A stretch of DNA of 46,337 nt from an uncultured Verrucomicrobiae bacterium (GTDB lineage: Bacteria; Verrucomicrobiota; Verrucomicrobiia; Limisphaerales; JAFGQR01): assembly GCA_963788655.1 (NCBI GenBank), contig CAWBHS010000093.1:1-46337 (forward strand). Reading direction: 5' to 3'. The translations under genes were made by a program, and so were the position numbers. Below the pieces are notes generated by a model. That model searched no databases. It was not told where the DNA came from and was given only the letters and a program-made list of their open reading frames with translations. Positions 20,297 through 31,094 of the stretch are shown here, in pieces. Each line of letters starts with the position of its first letter. Position 1 is the stretch's first letter.

Positions 20297-20521
20297 AATG
20301 CCAATTAGACGTTTCTTCGTTTACGCGAATTCTCTCAATAAACTGCAAAATCGATTGTGCTCACCATACAGGTTCTTTGCCTGAACACAATTGCAAAACG
20401 CTTGCTGTGAATGCGCTTTCTTAAGTTTAAACACCGTTTCGGGGAAAAGTTGCATCGCGAAACAGGAATAACGGCTTGTTGAACGAATCCAGTTTGTTAG
20501 CCTCACTTTGTTCACAGTTTT

Positions 20522-20632
20522 CGGACGCTCAAAGAGTTGCTCGGGCACAAGAGTGTGGAAACCACGATAATTTACACGCACCCGAGGCGCAGGCCGGCCC
20601 TGGGCGTGCGCAGCCCATTGGATCAGGAGTAA
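20522..20632 (+). pseudogene. intI: C-terminal remnant of an integron-type tyrosine integrase
   Basis: Translates as [36 protein letters not shown], matching the IntI end (QELLGH..V.TT.IYTH...GVRSPLD); no upstream coding continuation. Confidence 0.75.
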
Positions 20633-20830
20633 AGGGTTGAGGGTTGTCGGTTGAGGGACCCACCAGTCAGCCGTATCAATGCGGTTAAAGAACCGCCAAT
20701 GATTCCAATGCGGCAGGCCGCAAGCGAAGTTGAAGTGGTGAAAGGTTGAAGGTTTGAAGCGTTAACGCGTTGCCAAGGCGAACGGGGCCGGCAGAGGTGA
20801 AGCTTGATAATGGCTACCAACCGTTTCGGC

Positions 20831-21625
20831 CTACCGCTGGCAAATCAGGTGGAAGCGGCTGGCATCGACCCAGCCGGCAGCGTCACTCGAGAGGCGGATG
20901 TAAAAGTAGTTTCCACGCTGCCGTTCCATGCGTCCCATTTCGCCCGCCGGCAGACGGGTGAGGACTTGCGCGTCTTGAGTGGGCGTGAGGCGCAGGCGAG
21001 TTTCCTTTGCGAGCACGACGCCCAAGTTCGACCGCGCCTGCACGCCGAAGAGGGCGGGAATCGTCAGCAGGAACACGGTGAATCCGGCCGCGGCCAATCC
21101 CTGGTGCCAGTCGGCTTTGCGCCAGTGAAAGATGCCCGGCAACAGGACCATCGCCACCGCCAGCCACAGACTGCCCCAGGCAATCCACGGCCAGACGTTG
21201 ACCGGCAGCCAAGTTGAACAAATCTCGTACCACGCCAAGTTGGGATCGTCGAGTTGGGCCTGCTTGCGCGCGAACCGGAGATTGGCCTTGGTGTTCGCAA
21301 AATACGGGTTCAACCAATGCGCCTGTTCCCACGCCAGGATGGCCGGGCCGACGTGACCGGCCATGTATTCGGCGTTGCCCAGGTTGTGCAAGACGCCCGA
21401 AGTTGGTTTGAGAGCAGCCGCCTGCTGGAAAACTTCCATCGCCTGCGAATACCCACCGGCCACATACATTTGGTTCCCTTGCTCAAACAACTGGTGGAAC
21501 TCAGCCGCCGCTCCGACGTGCAGGCACGGGGTGAAGGCCAGCACCAAGCCCAGGCAAATCGGCGCCAGCATACTCGGAGTCGCGGCCAGGTTGGCAAACG
21601 GTTGGCACATTGCCGTCCTCCTCAT
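20831..21625 (-). CDS. batE: TPR + SH3-like membrane protein (BatE-like)
   Basis: FEQGNQMY...HNLGNAEY TPR, 2 TM segments, C-terminal GWV SH3-like domain; last gene of the bat operon. Confidence 0.75.
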   Translation of the reverse strand: MRRTAMCQPFANLAATPSMLAPICLGLVLAFTPCLHVGAAAEFHQLFEQGNQMYVAGGYSQAMEVFQQAAALKPTSGVLHNLGNAEYMAGHVGPAILAWEQAHWLNPYFANTKANLRFARKQAQLDDPNLAWYEICSTWLPVNVWPWIAWGSLWLAVAMVLLPGIFHWRKADWHQGLAAAGFTVFLLTIPALFGVQARSNLGVVLAKETRLRLTPTQDAQVLTRLPAGEMGRMERQRGNYFYIRLSSDAAGWVDASRFHLICQR

Positions 21626-23655
21626 AACTGCGCCCTCATCTGCGCGAGCAACCGTTCCAGTTCGGGGCGTAGTCCCAACAATTGGCTGCCTTCCGGCAAC
21701 GTCCCGCCAAAGTGGAGCACGTCCGCCGCGGTGAAAAAGCGCTGGACGAGTTCACCGTTCTTGCCGTGGCGATCCGAGGCCGGAATGGCGCGCAACACGT
21801 CGCCGCAAACCAGCGCTTCCGGATTGGCTGCCCCGTGTGGCGCCGCGGCCTCGCGCATGGCATTGACGGCGGCCTTGACGAAATTGCGCGCGTCCTGGGC
21901 CATGGCGGCATGACGCAATTGACGCCGATAGTGTCGCAGTCCCTGGCGCGCGCGGGTTTTCAAAATGACCTCCGGATGTTCGGCCAGGAAGCGCCGTCGT
22001 CGATCCCAGAACCACAGTCCCGCCAGGGCCAGCGCCGGGAGGAATTGCAGCACCACGAACCAGGGCCGGTGTTGCAACGGCGTCAGGCTCGACGCCATCA
22101 CGCCCGGCGTTTCGGACAACCCGTTCATCACCAAGTCGCGTTCGCCCGTTGTTCGCGAGTCATCGCCACCACCCGCCAGGGAAGCGGCTCCCGGCGGCAG
22201 CAGTTTCGCGCCACCTGCAGCCGGCGATACCTCGAGGGGCACCGGGGGAATCGTGAGGTCCACATACGCTTTTCTAGCGGGATCAAAATAGCTGAACGGA
22301 ATTCGCGGGGTCGCCTTGATCTGGTCCGACAAGGGAATCAGCGTGTAATTGTAGGTGCAGTAACCGCGCTGTTGGACGAGTTGCGGCTGGGCGGCCTCGG
22401 ACGTGGGCTCGAACGTCTGCCATTCCCAAAGTCCTTCCAGCTTGGGCGGGATCATGCGGGCGAGGTTTCCCTGGCCCTTGATGGTAACGGTCAAGGTCAG
22501 CGGTTCGCCGGCGCGGATTTTGTTACTGGAGAGGTGTGGCTGGGTGAGGGTGAAAGTGCCGATGGCGCCGGTGAAGCCCGGCAGTTCGCCTTCTTTCGGC
22601 AACTGTTTTACCGTAATGGTCACCGGATCGGTGTCCAACAACGGATAGTACCCCGGCAGTTGCGCCGGCACCCCGGGAGTGGTCCGGGCCAGGAGCGCCT
22701 GCGCCTGCGCCTGCAATTTCAATTCGCCGGACTTGATGGGCGTGACATACATCTCCTGCACAATGGCGGCGACCGGTTTGCCTTCGACGGTCACAACCTT
22801 GCGGCTCTGCCGATAAAACATCGGGTCCAACAGGATGCCCTCGGTGGGAATCTCCACTCGGGTCAGTCCGCGAACCGTCTTGCCGTCCGGGTCGGTCAAC
22901 ACCACTTGAATGGGCACCGTTTGGCCCACGTAAATATCGCCCTCGGGAATCTCGACGGACAAGCGGGGAGGCTGCTCAACGCCGGTGGCGCCGGCGGGAA
23001 CGACCTGGAGACGGGCTGCGGGCACTTGCATGAACCGGCCGGAAACCGACACTGAAAATGGCGGAATGGTGTATGTGCCGGGTGCTTTGGCGCTGATATG
23101 GTAATTGAGCGTACTGCGCGGCTGCAACGTATTGGTCACGGTGGCATAGGATTCACTGCGTCCCCCCGCCACCACCTCCAACCCGGGCGGGGCCGGCAGA
23201 CTTTCCGGTGGCTGAATGACCCTCATCAACGCGGTGATGATGATGCGATAGGTGGCGCGCCCGCCTGCCGTAATGACCGGCGGATCGAACTGCGCGTAGG
23301 CTCGCGCCGGGGTGTCGATATCGATCGGCGGTTGCTGCATCATGAGGTTCAGCAGCGGATCGATGGCCGGGGCGGGTGCGGCTTGAGATTGGGTGATAGG
23401 CCGCCCGGACTGAGTATCCCAGATAATGGTGGCCTTGCCGGAACCCGAAGTGATTATCCGCGGTTGGCCAATGCGAGGCTGGAGTTGCGGTGGAGTCGAG
23501 GTCCGATTGAACTGGATCGGGGGTTGGGGCGAAGTGGGCCGCTTCAAAAGATTGGTCAACCCATTGTTAGCCTGGCCGGACGCGACGCCAATCCACCCGG
23601 CTGGCCACGCCATCAGCAAGACCCCGAAAACGATTCGATTTCCAATCATCCTCAT
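21622..23655 (-). CDS. batD: BatD-family protein
   Basis: Signal peptide, PGTYTIPP, YVGQ, FTGAIGTF, GEPLTLTVTIKGQGNL, FSYFDP, C-terminal TM. Confidence 0.85.
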   Translation of the reverse strand: MRMIGNRIVFGVLLMAWPAGWIGVASGQANNGLTNLLKRPTSPQPPIQFNRTSTPPQLQPRIGQPRIITSGSGKATIIWDTQSGRPITQSQAAPAPAIDPLLNLMMQQPPIDIDTPARAYAQFDPPVITAGGRATYRIIITALMRVIQPPESLPAPPGLEVVAGGRSESYATVTNTLQPRSTLNYHISAKAPGTYTIPPFSVSVSGRFMQVPAARLQVVPAGATGVEQPPRLSVEIPEGDIYVGQTVPIQVVLTDPDGKTVRGLTRVEIPTEGILLDPMFYRQSRKVVTVEGKPVAAIVQEMYVTPIKSGELKLQAQAQALLARTTPGVPAQLPGYYPLLDTDPVTITVKQLPKEGELPGFTGAIGTFTLTQPHLSSNKIRAGEPLTLTVTIKGQGNLARMIPPKLEGLWEWQTFEPTSEAAQPQLVQQRGYCTYNYTLIPLSDQIKATPRIPFSYFDPARKAYVDLTIPPVPLEVSPAAGGAKLLPPGAASLAGGGDDSRTTGERDLVMNGLSETPGVMASSLTPLQHRPWFVVLQFLPALALAGLWFWDRRRRFLAEHPEVILKTRARQGLRHYRRQLRHAAMAQDARNFVKAAVNAMREAAAPHGAANPEALVCGDVLRAIPASDRHGKNGELVQRFFTAADVLHFGGTLPEGSQLLGLRPELERLLAQMRAQL

Positions 23656-23662
23656 GCGGCGC

Positions 23663-24649
23663 TCACCACACCCGTCCGGAACGGTCCTGCGGCGGACGGG
23701 ATTCTTTGAAGCCCATGGGCAACTTGCGATTGCCGTCCAACATCATGGCCTCCAGCAACCGCGCGGCTTCCTCGGGCGTCAGCCACAATTTGCGGCCATC
23801 GCGGGGCTTGGCCTCTTTCTCGCCGGGCTTTGGCTCCTTGGGTTCGTCGGCGTCCTCGTCCTCTTCGTCGCCTTCACATTGTTGCTTGAGACTTTCGGGC
23901 AGAAGATCCTTCAATTGCTTCATCTTCTTCTTCAGATCGCTTTTCTTTTCGCCCATGGATTGCATGCACATTTGCAGCGCCTCCTGCCGGTCAATCAACT
24001 TGGCCAGGTTGCGATCCACTACTTCAGCATTGAATTGCGCGTCGTCGTATTTCCCGCGCAATTCCTGGGCGCTCTTAAAATCACCCGAGGCCCGTTGCCA
24101 TCGGCTGATCACCGCCCCGTAGGATTCGAGGGCCTGCTTGACGGCTTCCATGGCGGTCTTGAGTTGCTTGCGCGCGCCGCGCCCATGCATGTAGGCCGCG
24201 ACGATGGCATTGAGATCGTAGCCCGCCAGCGCCTCGTCCGCGGCTTGTAAGGCCGAATCCGCCGCGGCGTCGGCCATGGCCCCGTGCGCGTTCGCCGCCG
24301 TTCCGTCGGGCGCATCCTTGAGCACTTCCGCGCCTTGCTGAAAACGCACCTGCCCCAGGTTGTAGAGGGCAACAGGTTGCACGGTCTCGCGGTTGCGGGC
24401 GACGGCGGTCTGGAGGGCCAGTTCGGCGTCGCGCAATTTTCCCTCCCGCAACTTCTGAGTGCCTTCATTGTAAAGGGCACGGGAACTCTGGGAATCATCC
24501 TCGTCCCATAAGGCCGCCGAAGCGCTGACTCCGACCAGCAAGGCCATGGCCATTCCGATCCAACTGCCGCGCCCGCGCCGCACGGTCCATCCGGTGGGCG
24601 CCGGCACCGTCCCGGCGTTCCTGACATGATTTCGTTGCGTCGTTTGCAT
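23663..24649 (-). CDS. batC: TPR protein (BatC-like)
   Basis: ALYNEG/ALYNLG TPR motifs, DAQFN, acidic linker, LTPEEAARLLEA, terminal W. Confidence 0.7.
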   Translation of the reverse strand: MQTTQRNHVRNAGTVPAPTGWTVRRGRGSWIGMAMALLVGVSASAALWDEDDSQSSRALYNEGTQKLREGKLRDAELALQTAVARNRETVQPVALYNLGQVRFQQGAEVLKDAPDGTAANAHGAMADAAADSALQAADEALAGYDLNAIVAAYMHGRGARKQLKTAMEAVKQALESYGAVISRWQRASGDFKSAQELRGKYDDAQFNAEVVDRNLAKLIDRQEALQMCMQSMGEKKSDLKKKMKQLKDLLPESLKQQCEGDEEDEDADEPKEPKPGEKEAKPRDGRKLWLTPEEAARLLEAMMLDGNRKLPMGFKESRPPQDRSGRVW

Positions 24650-24652
24650 AAG

Positions 24653-25684
24653 TTACGTCTGCCTACTTTCGCTCACTCTCCGCCGCGTGCCAATCAAAGA
24701 TTCCAACACCAGCAGCAGGATCACCGCCGCAATGGGCAAATGGAAGCGGTCCACGCCCAATTTGCGCACTTTCGCGCCGCCCGGCAAATCGGTGGACGTC
24801 TCCACCAACAGCCGCACCCGGCTCATGCCTTCCCCGAGCGCGCCGAGCGGAAGATACTTTCCGTGGGTGGTATCGGCAATCTTGCGCAAAGTCGTTTCGT
24901 CCAGGCGGCTGACCACCACCTGGCCTTTGGCATCGCGTAACGGGGCACTGAGCCCCTGCGGCGTCCTATAAGTCACCACGCTGCCCGCCGGGGTGCCGAC
25001 GCCGACTGTAAATACCACCACGCCCTTTTCCGCCAGCTTGTTCGCGGTTTCGACCCCGGCTTTTTCCAAGTCTTCGCCGTCGGTCAGGAGCACCATGATT
25101 TTGCGGCGGTCATTCTTTTGCATCGCACCGAAACCTTCGTCCAGCGCGCGGCCAATGTCCGTGCCGAGGACCGGGATGGTCCGCTGATCGACGGCCATCA
25201 AGGCTTCGCGAAAGGCATCGTAGTCAAACGTCAGCGGGCACTGCAAAAAGGCGTCGCCGGAAAAGGCGACCAAGCCGACGCGTCCGCGTCCGTAGCGCTG
25301 CACGAAATCCAGAATGGCGAGTTGGGCCCGGCTCAATCGATTCGGCCGCACGTCCGTGGCGGTCATGCTGCGCGAACAATCCAGCAGGAACAGAATGTCA
25401 TCGCCGAGGGCCCGGGAAACCTCCGCCCGTTGACCCCATTGCGGCCGGGCCAACGCGAGGGACAATCCCGTTACCGCCAGCAACAACAAGCCCAGCTTCA
25501 CCAATCGCCGCGCCGGACTGTGCGAACGCAGCAGGTCGCCCAGCAGCTCGGGCGCGGCAAACTGCGCGATCTGCTTCCGCCGGGCCCACCGGGCGAAGGC
25601 GAACAGCGCCACCACCCCCAACGGCGCCAGCGCCGCCAGCCAGAGCCATTCGGGTTCCGCAAAATGGGGATGGGAAAAGTCCAT
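24653..25684 (-). CDS. batB: VWA-domain membrane protein BatB
   Basis: LARPQWG, MIDAS DCSRSM, PLTFD, LTDGED. Confidence 0.88.
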   Translation of the reverse strand: MDFSHPHFAEPEWLWLAALAPLGVVALFAFARWARRKQIAQFAAPELLGDLLRSHSPARRLVKLGLLLLAVTGLSLALARPQWGQRAEVSRALGDDILFLLDCSRSMTATDVRPNRLSRAQLAILDFVQRYGRGRVGLVAFSGDAFLQCPLTFDYDAFREALMAVDQRTIPVLGTDIGRALDEGFGAMQKNDRRKIMVLLTDGEDLEKAGVETANKLAEKGVVVFTVGVGTPAGSVVTYRTPQGLSAPLRDAKGQVVVSRLDETTLRKIADTTHGKYLPLGALGEGMSRVRLLVETSTDLPGGAKVRKLGVDRFHLPIAAVILLLVLESLIGTRRRVSESRQT

Positions 25685-25691
25685 TACATTC

Positions 25692-26732
25692 TCAAGGCAC
25701 GCGGCGATAGCGGGTGTTGCTCAACACCAGTTCCAATCCCAACAAGGCCAGCGCCGCCAGCAGCGGCCATTGGAACAGGGGCGTGTAAGTGGTGAACCGG
25801 CGCATCTTCACTTCGGTTTTCTCCAGCCGGTCAATCTCGTTGTAAATGCCCTCCAACTCCCGGCGGTTCGTGGCGCGATAAAACTTGCCGAACGAAATGC
25901 GCGCCATCCGGCCGAGAACATCATAGTTGGCCGGCTGCAAGGAAATCGTGGGAACCACATTGCCGGCCGGATCGAGTATGAGTTTGCCCGTGCTCGGCTC
26001 GAACCGCGGCAAATGACACGGTTCCTCGCGGCCAATGCCGATGGTGTAGAGCTTGCAGTGCAGCGCGGCGGACAATTCCGCCGCTGGAATGGGATCAATT
26101 TCACCGTGATTGTTGTCCCCGTCGGTCAGCAGAATAATGATCCGGCTCTTGCTGTTCTTGAGCGCCTGCAACCGCTTGACGGCGGTGGCCGCAGCGTCGC
26201 CGATGGCGGTGCCTAATTCGCGAATCATGCCGACGTGCAACCGCTGCAAATTCTGGATCAACCAATCGTGATTGAGGGTGAGCGGACTGGCCAGATACGG
26301 CACCGCCGAAAAGACCACGAGCCCAATGCGGTCGCTGGGACGACGGCGAATAAAATCCCCCAGCACGTCCTGGGCAATGTCCATGCGGGAGACGCGTTCG
26401 GAAGGCCGGCCCATATCGAGCGCCATCATGGACCACGACAAATCCAGCACCAGGACGATGTCCACGCCGCTGGCTTCGGTCTCGGTGCGATCATGGGCGA
26501 ACCGCGGACCGGCCAGCGCCACCAGGCACAGTGCCACCGTCAACAAGCGCAGAAAAATGAGCAACCGTCCAATCGCCGATCGGGCCGCTCCGCCCGCCGC
26601 TCGCGCCAGGTCGGCGCTGGGGAACCGCAAGGCCGAGAACTTGCCGATGCGCCCGCGCAGAAACGCATAGACCGGCAGCAAGGCCAGCAGACCCAGAATC
26701 CACGGGTATTGAAATTGGAAGTGCGGACTCAT
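25692..26732 (-). CDS. batA: VWA-domain membrane protein BatA
   Basis: MIDAS DLSWSM, DRIGLVVF, GTAIGDA, LLTDGDNN, IDRLEK. Confidence 0.9.
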   Translation of the reverse strand: MSPHFQFQYPWILGLLALLPVYAFLRGRIGKFSALRFPSADLARAAGGAARSAIGRLLIFLRLLTVALCLVALAGPRFAHDRTETEASGVDIVLVLDLSWSMMALDMGRPSERVSRMDIAQDVLGDFIRRRPSDRIGLVVFSAVPYLASPLTLNHDWLIQNLQRLHVGMIRELGTAIGDAAATAVKRLQALKNSKSRIIILLTDGDNNHGEIDPIPAAELSAALHCKLYTIGIGREEPCHLPRFEPSTGKLILDPAGNVVPTISLQPANYDVLGRMARISFGKFYRATNRRELEGIYNEIDRLEKTEVKMRRFTTYTPLFQWPLLAALALLGLELVLSNTRYRRVP

Positions 26733-27655
26733 GCGACGCTGGGGGTTGCCGGGGCGGCAGCGGCTTGCGCCTGTACCCGTTGCGCCGCCGCCCGCCGACG
26801 CGCCTCGACTTGATCAACGAACGTCAATGCTTTGGCGACAGCGCCCAGCAGAATTGGAGGTGGGGTCGGAGCAAACTTCTTCGTGTCGCAGTTCCGGAAA
26901 AATTCAATCAGCGCGACGGGCAGTTCCGTTCCGAGCAGGGGGTGGTTGGCCAGTTGGTTGTCCAATTCCTCGGGCGTCAGTTCTTCGGATCGCAAATCGA
27001 GCGCGCGCGCCAGGTAATGGCGGACAATGCGCGAAACTTCACTGAGCAGCGGGAAATCCTCCGGGCGATCCCGCAACGCGGCCAGGGCCTGGCGGGCGAC
27101 TGCCTCGGGCGGAATGACCACGACCGGTTTCGGCCGGAGCCACCACCAGACCAACAAGGCCACGCCGAGGACGATGCACGTGACCGCCAGCACCACGCCC
27201 CACGCATGCTGTTCCCACCACGTCGGCAACAGCAAGTCTTCCGGCGGACGCAATTCGGGAATTTCTTCCGCCGCCCACACTGGAACCACTGCTGCCGGAA
27301 GCCAGAAAAGAACTCCGAGGACTTGTCTAAGTCGGAACGATTCAGTTGGAGTAGCTGCGTTCGTGAGAACGCGGCTGACTGGCGCAGTGAAACGCCGGCT
27401 CCAGGCGGAGGTAATCCGGTCACTTTTCAATGACCAGTGGGACGCAGCCGTTGGCGCAGTGTTGCCCTTTAAAATTAGCCGTGTTCTCACGAACGCAGCC
27501 ACCGTCACTGCATACATCCGGATAAGAGATCCAGCCCCGCGGGAGCAGCCAACGTAAGGCAGCTCCTTCTTGCCGCGAACAGATCGGCATCCCGAAATAA
27601 TTTGAGCCTCCTTACGTCGGCTGCTACGGATTTTCACCATGCTCAGTCTGCTCAT
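26729..27655 (-). CDS. DUF4381-like membrane protein of the bat operon; N-terminus interrupted in frame by REP-like palindromes
   Basis: ATG 27655 overlaps the DUF58 stop (ATGA); EIPELRPP, TM segment, SEVSRIVRHYL, CDTKKFA. Confidence 0.65.
   Translation of the reverse strand: MSRLSMVKIRSSRRKEAQIISGCRSVRGKKELPYVGCSRGAGSLIRMYAVTVAAFVRTRLILKGNTAPTAASHWSLKSDRITSAWSRRFTAPVSRVLTNAATPTESFRLRQVLGVLFWLPAAVVPVWAAEEIPELRPPEDLLLPTWWEQHAWGVVLAVTCIVLGVALLVWWWLRPKPVVVIPPEAVARQALAALRDRPEDFPLLSEVSRIVRHYLARALDLRSEELTPEELDNQLANHPLLGTELPVALIEFFRNCDTKKFAPTPPPILLGAVAKALTFVDQVEARRRAAAQRVQAQAAAAPATPSVA
27351..27627. repeat. Two REP-like inverted pairs (27351-27376/27477-27502 and 27543-27565/27604-27627)
   Basis: GTAGCTGCGTTCGTGAGAACGCGGCT / AGCCGTGTTCTCACGAACGCAGCCAC; GAGCAGCCAACGTAAGG / CCTTACGTCGGCTGCTAC. 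Confidence 0.75.
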
Positions 27656-28566
27656 GCCCGCCGCCACCGCCGCTTCTCGAAGAACCGCTGCAAGGTGTGG
27701 GCAAACGGTTCCGCCGTGCTGAGGCGGACGGTGTCCACGCCCGTGCGTCGCAGCGTCTCGTCCAAGTACGCCACGCGCTGCTGATTGGTGGCGGCGTAGG
27801 TTTCCCGCACCGACGACCGCGCCGAGTCCACTTCCAGCATTTCCCCCGTCTCCGCGTCCTCGACGGTCAGCAAACCGGCGTTGGGCAATTGGCCTTCCCG
27901 CGGATCGTGCAAGTGAACGCAAATCAGATCGTGCCGCGCATTGGTCAAGCCCAGTTCCTGCACGATGTCGCGTCCCGATTCCGGGTGGGTGGCGTCCGTG
28001 CCGAAGCTGTGGAGGAAATCCGTCAGCAGAAAAATGATCGAGCGCCGGTGCAGCAAGTGATTCAGGTAAGTCAGCGCCGCGGGGATGTTGGTGCCGCGAT
28101 GTTGGGGCTCGAAAAACAACATCTCCCGGATGACCCGGAGAATGTGCCGCCGCCCTTTGCGCGGGGGAAGAAACAGTTCCACCCGGTCCGTGAACAGGAG
28201 CAATCCGATCTTGTCACTGCTGCGCGCGGCCGAGAACGCGAGTGTGCTGGCCACTTCGGCGGCGAATTGCCGTTTACTGCGCTGCACTGAGCCGAACGCC
28301 CCGGAGGCCGAAACGTCCACGGCCAGGATGATCCCCAGTTCGCGTTCCTCGCGGTATTTCTTCACGAACGGCCGCCCCATGCGATAGGTGACGTTCCAGT
28401 CGATATCGCGCACGTCGTCGCCCGGCATGTAATCGCGCAACTCCTCGAAATCCATGCCGCGCCCCTTGAAATGGCTCAGGTAGGCGCCCACCATGGTATC
28501 GTTGACGAGCCGGTTGGTGATCATCTCCACCCGGCGAACCGTCTTGAGCATTTCGGCGAGGGTCAT
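27652..28566 (-). CDS. DUF58 (VWA-like) protein
   Basis: FKGRGMDFEELRDYMPGDDVRDIDWNVT, EEREL, DVSASG. Confidence 0.92.
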   Translation of the reverse strand: MTLAEMLKTVRRVEMITNRLVNDTMVGAYLSHFKGRGMDFEELRDYMPGDDVRDIDWNVTYRMGRPFVKKYREERELGIILAVDVSASGAFGSVQRSKRQFAAEVASTLAFSAARSSDKIGLLLFTDRVELFLPPRKGRRHILRVIREMLFFEPQHRGTNIPAALTYLNHLLHRRSIIFLLTDFLHSFGTDATHPESGRDIVQELGLTNARHDLICVHLHDPREGQLPNAGLLTVEDAETGEMLEVDSARSSVRETYAATNQQRVAYLDETLRRTGVDTVRLSTAEPFAHTLQRFFEKRRWRRA

Positions 28567-28569
28567 GGC

Positions 28570-29559
<990 letters not shown>

Positions 29560-29699
29560 GGAAAACCGAGATTACAACCACAATTGACCCGTTCACTCAA
29601 GGGTGAAAAGCACGCCGCGATCCCTGCCGCCCCCTTAACTGGGCGGCCGATCGACGTTCGTAACGTTGCTAAACACAATGCTAGGAGTAGAACACCGAT

Positions 29700-30541
29700 C
29701 CCCTTTGGTCAATTGCAGACGCTCATTTTTCCACCGGCACCACGCCGCCAACGCGGGCGCGCTGCAGGATCTGGCACAGAACCCCCAGCGCCTCGGCGCC
29801 ACGCTGGGCATGCTGGGCGTGCTGCACACCTGGAGCCGCACCTTGATCCATCATCCGCACGTCCACTTCCTGGTGCCGGGCGGCGGGTTGAGTTTGGACC
29901 AACGCACCTGGGTGCCCGCCCGCAAAAAGTTCCTGTTGCCGGTCCAGGCCCTGAGCGACCACGGCCGCACCTTGTTCCGCCGCCACCTCGCGCGCCATCA
30001 CCCCGCGGCGATGAAGAACATCCCGGCGCCGGTGCTGAGCGCCGCCGAACAAGCCGCGTGGCAGCCGCCCGCCGCTCTGGAGGCCGAGCGCCACGAACCC
30101 GCGGACCCGGACGTGCAACCCGCAACGAGCGTTCCGCAACGCTCCCAGTGTCCGCACTGTGGCGGGGAGTTGGTGCGCGTGGCGCGGTGGCGCGCCGGGC
30201 ATCCCTTACCGCGGCCGCCGCCGGGCCGCGCCCCGCCCGCCCCATGAAAGCGCCCGCGCCCGGCAACCCTTCAAGTCGGAGACTGACGAAGCTCCCCCGG
30301 CGCGGTGTGCTCGCGTCCGGTCCCGAGGTGGTGCCCGCCGGGCGCCCGCGCCGCCAAGCCGCGTTTCGGTCCAGGGCCACGGGGGGATTCCGGAGTCGTG
30401 CGACCCCAGCCGCCGGCTGGGGAGCAAACGGTTGGGGGACGATGGGACCGTGCGGCCGGCGAACCCGCGACACTTTCCGCAAAGGGTTCACCAGGTTACG
30501 CCGGGGCGGGCCGCTGAACCTTCGACGCGGCTTCGTTCAAC
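29700..30541 (+). mobile_element. IS91-family (Y2/HUH) transposase remnant with internal deletion, plus 3' end
   Basis: GMLGVLHTWSRTLIHHPHVHFLVPGGG HUH motif and C-terminal CPHCGG; N-terminus and Y-xxx-Y region missing; ends GCGGCTTCGTTCAAC. Confidence 0.8.
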
Positions 30542-30657
30542 CCTGGAATGCAGAGAACCCGGGGGCGAAGCGCTCCGACTTCAAACCTTGATCCTGTTCC
30601 TCCAACCCCCCAGTCTTCGCGCCCCCGCGTTCTCTACATTCCTTTCTTCTGTTCGGC
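30535..30657. other. attC-like integron recombination site (orientation ambiguous)
   Basis: GTTCAAC-CCTGGAATGCAGAGAAC...GGGGGCG...CGCCCCC...GTTCTCTACATTCC...GTTCGGC imperfect hairpin bounded by AAC and GTT. Confidence 0.6.
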
Positions 30658-31082
30658 GGCTTGCGATACAACTCAACACGCTTGATGAGGCGGAACGCTG
30701 GACGCTGCCGACGGTCATCGAACGTCCGGTGGTAAACACGCAACTCGCTTCCGCTGCGCGTCACATACAACTGATCGCGCTGATGCTTCACAACTCCGGC
30801 AAATACAGAAATCACCGTCTTGGGAATACCCTCGGCCTGATACTGGTCAGGCAAAATGGAGGTCGAAACCCACTCCGCCGACCGAAACAACATGACCCGC
30901 TGCCCATCGACCGTGAGATGCACAGTGCCAGCCGGTGTGGAATTAGCATCCGGCTCAAGCTGGACAAACCACGAAACCGAAACCTTCGATGGAGACTTCA
31001 CGCCAAGTGAAACACTCGACTTGTCTGCTCCTGCGAACGCTGTCATCGCTGCAACGGCAAATAGAAAAATGCAGGTTTTCAT
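30537..31082 (-). CDS. Integron-cassette-like secreted hypothetical protein (181 aa)
   Basis: MKTCIFLFAVAAMTAFA signal peptide; ATG a few bases after the reconstituted GTTAGGC; ORF reads into the attC-like hairpin. Confidence 0.6.
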   Translation of the reverse strand: MKTCIFLFAVAAMTAFAGADKSSVSLGVKSPSKVSVSWFVQLEPDANSTPAGTVHLTVDGQRVMLFRSAEWVSTSILPDQYQAEGIPKTVISVFAGVVKHQRDQLYVTRSGSELRVYHRTFDDRRQRPAFRLIKRVELYRKPPNRRKECRERGGAKTGGLEEQDQGLKSERFAPGFSAFQG

Positions 31083-31094
31083 GGTGTGTGACGC

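Noticed and set aside
21682..23055. Long antisense ORFs here and opposite the rhs and fibre genes
   Set aside because: Shadow frames of GC-rich genes that are well supported on the other strand.
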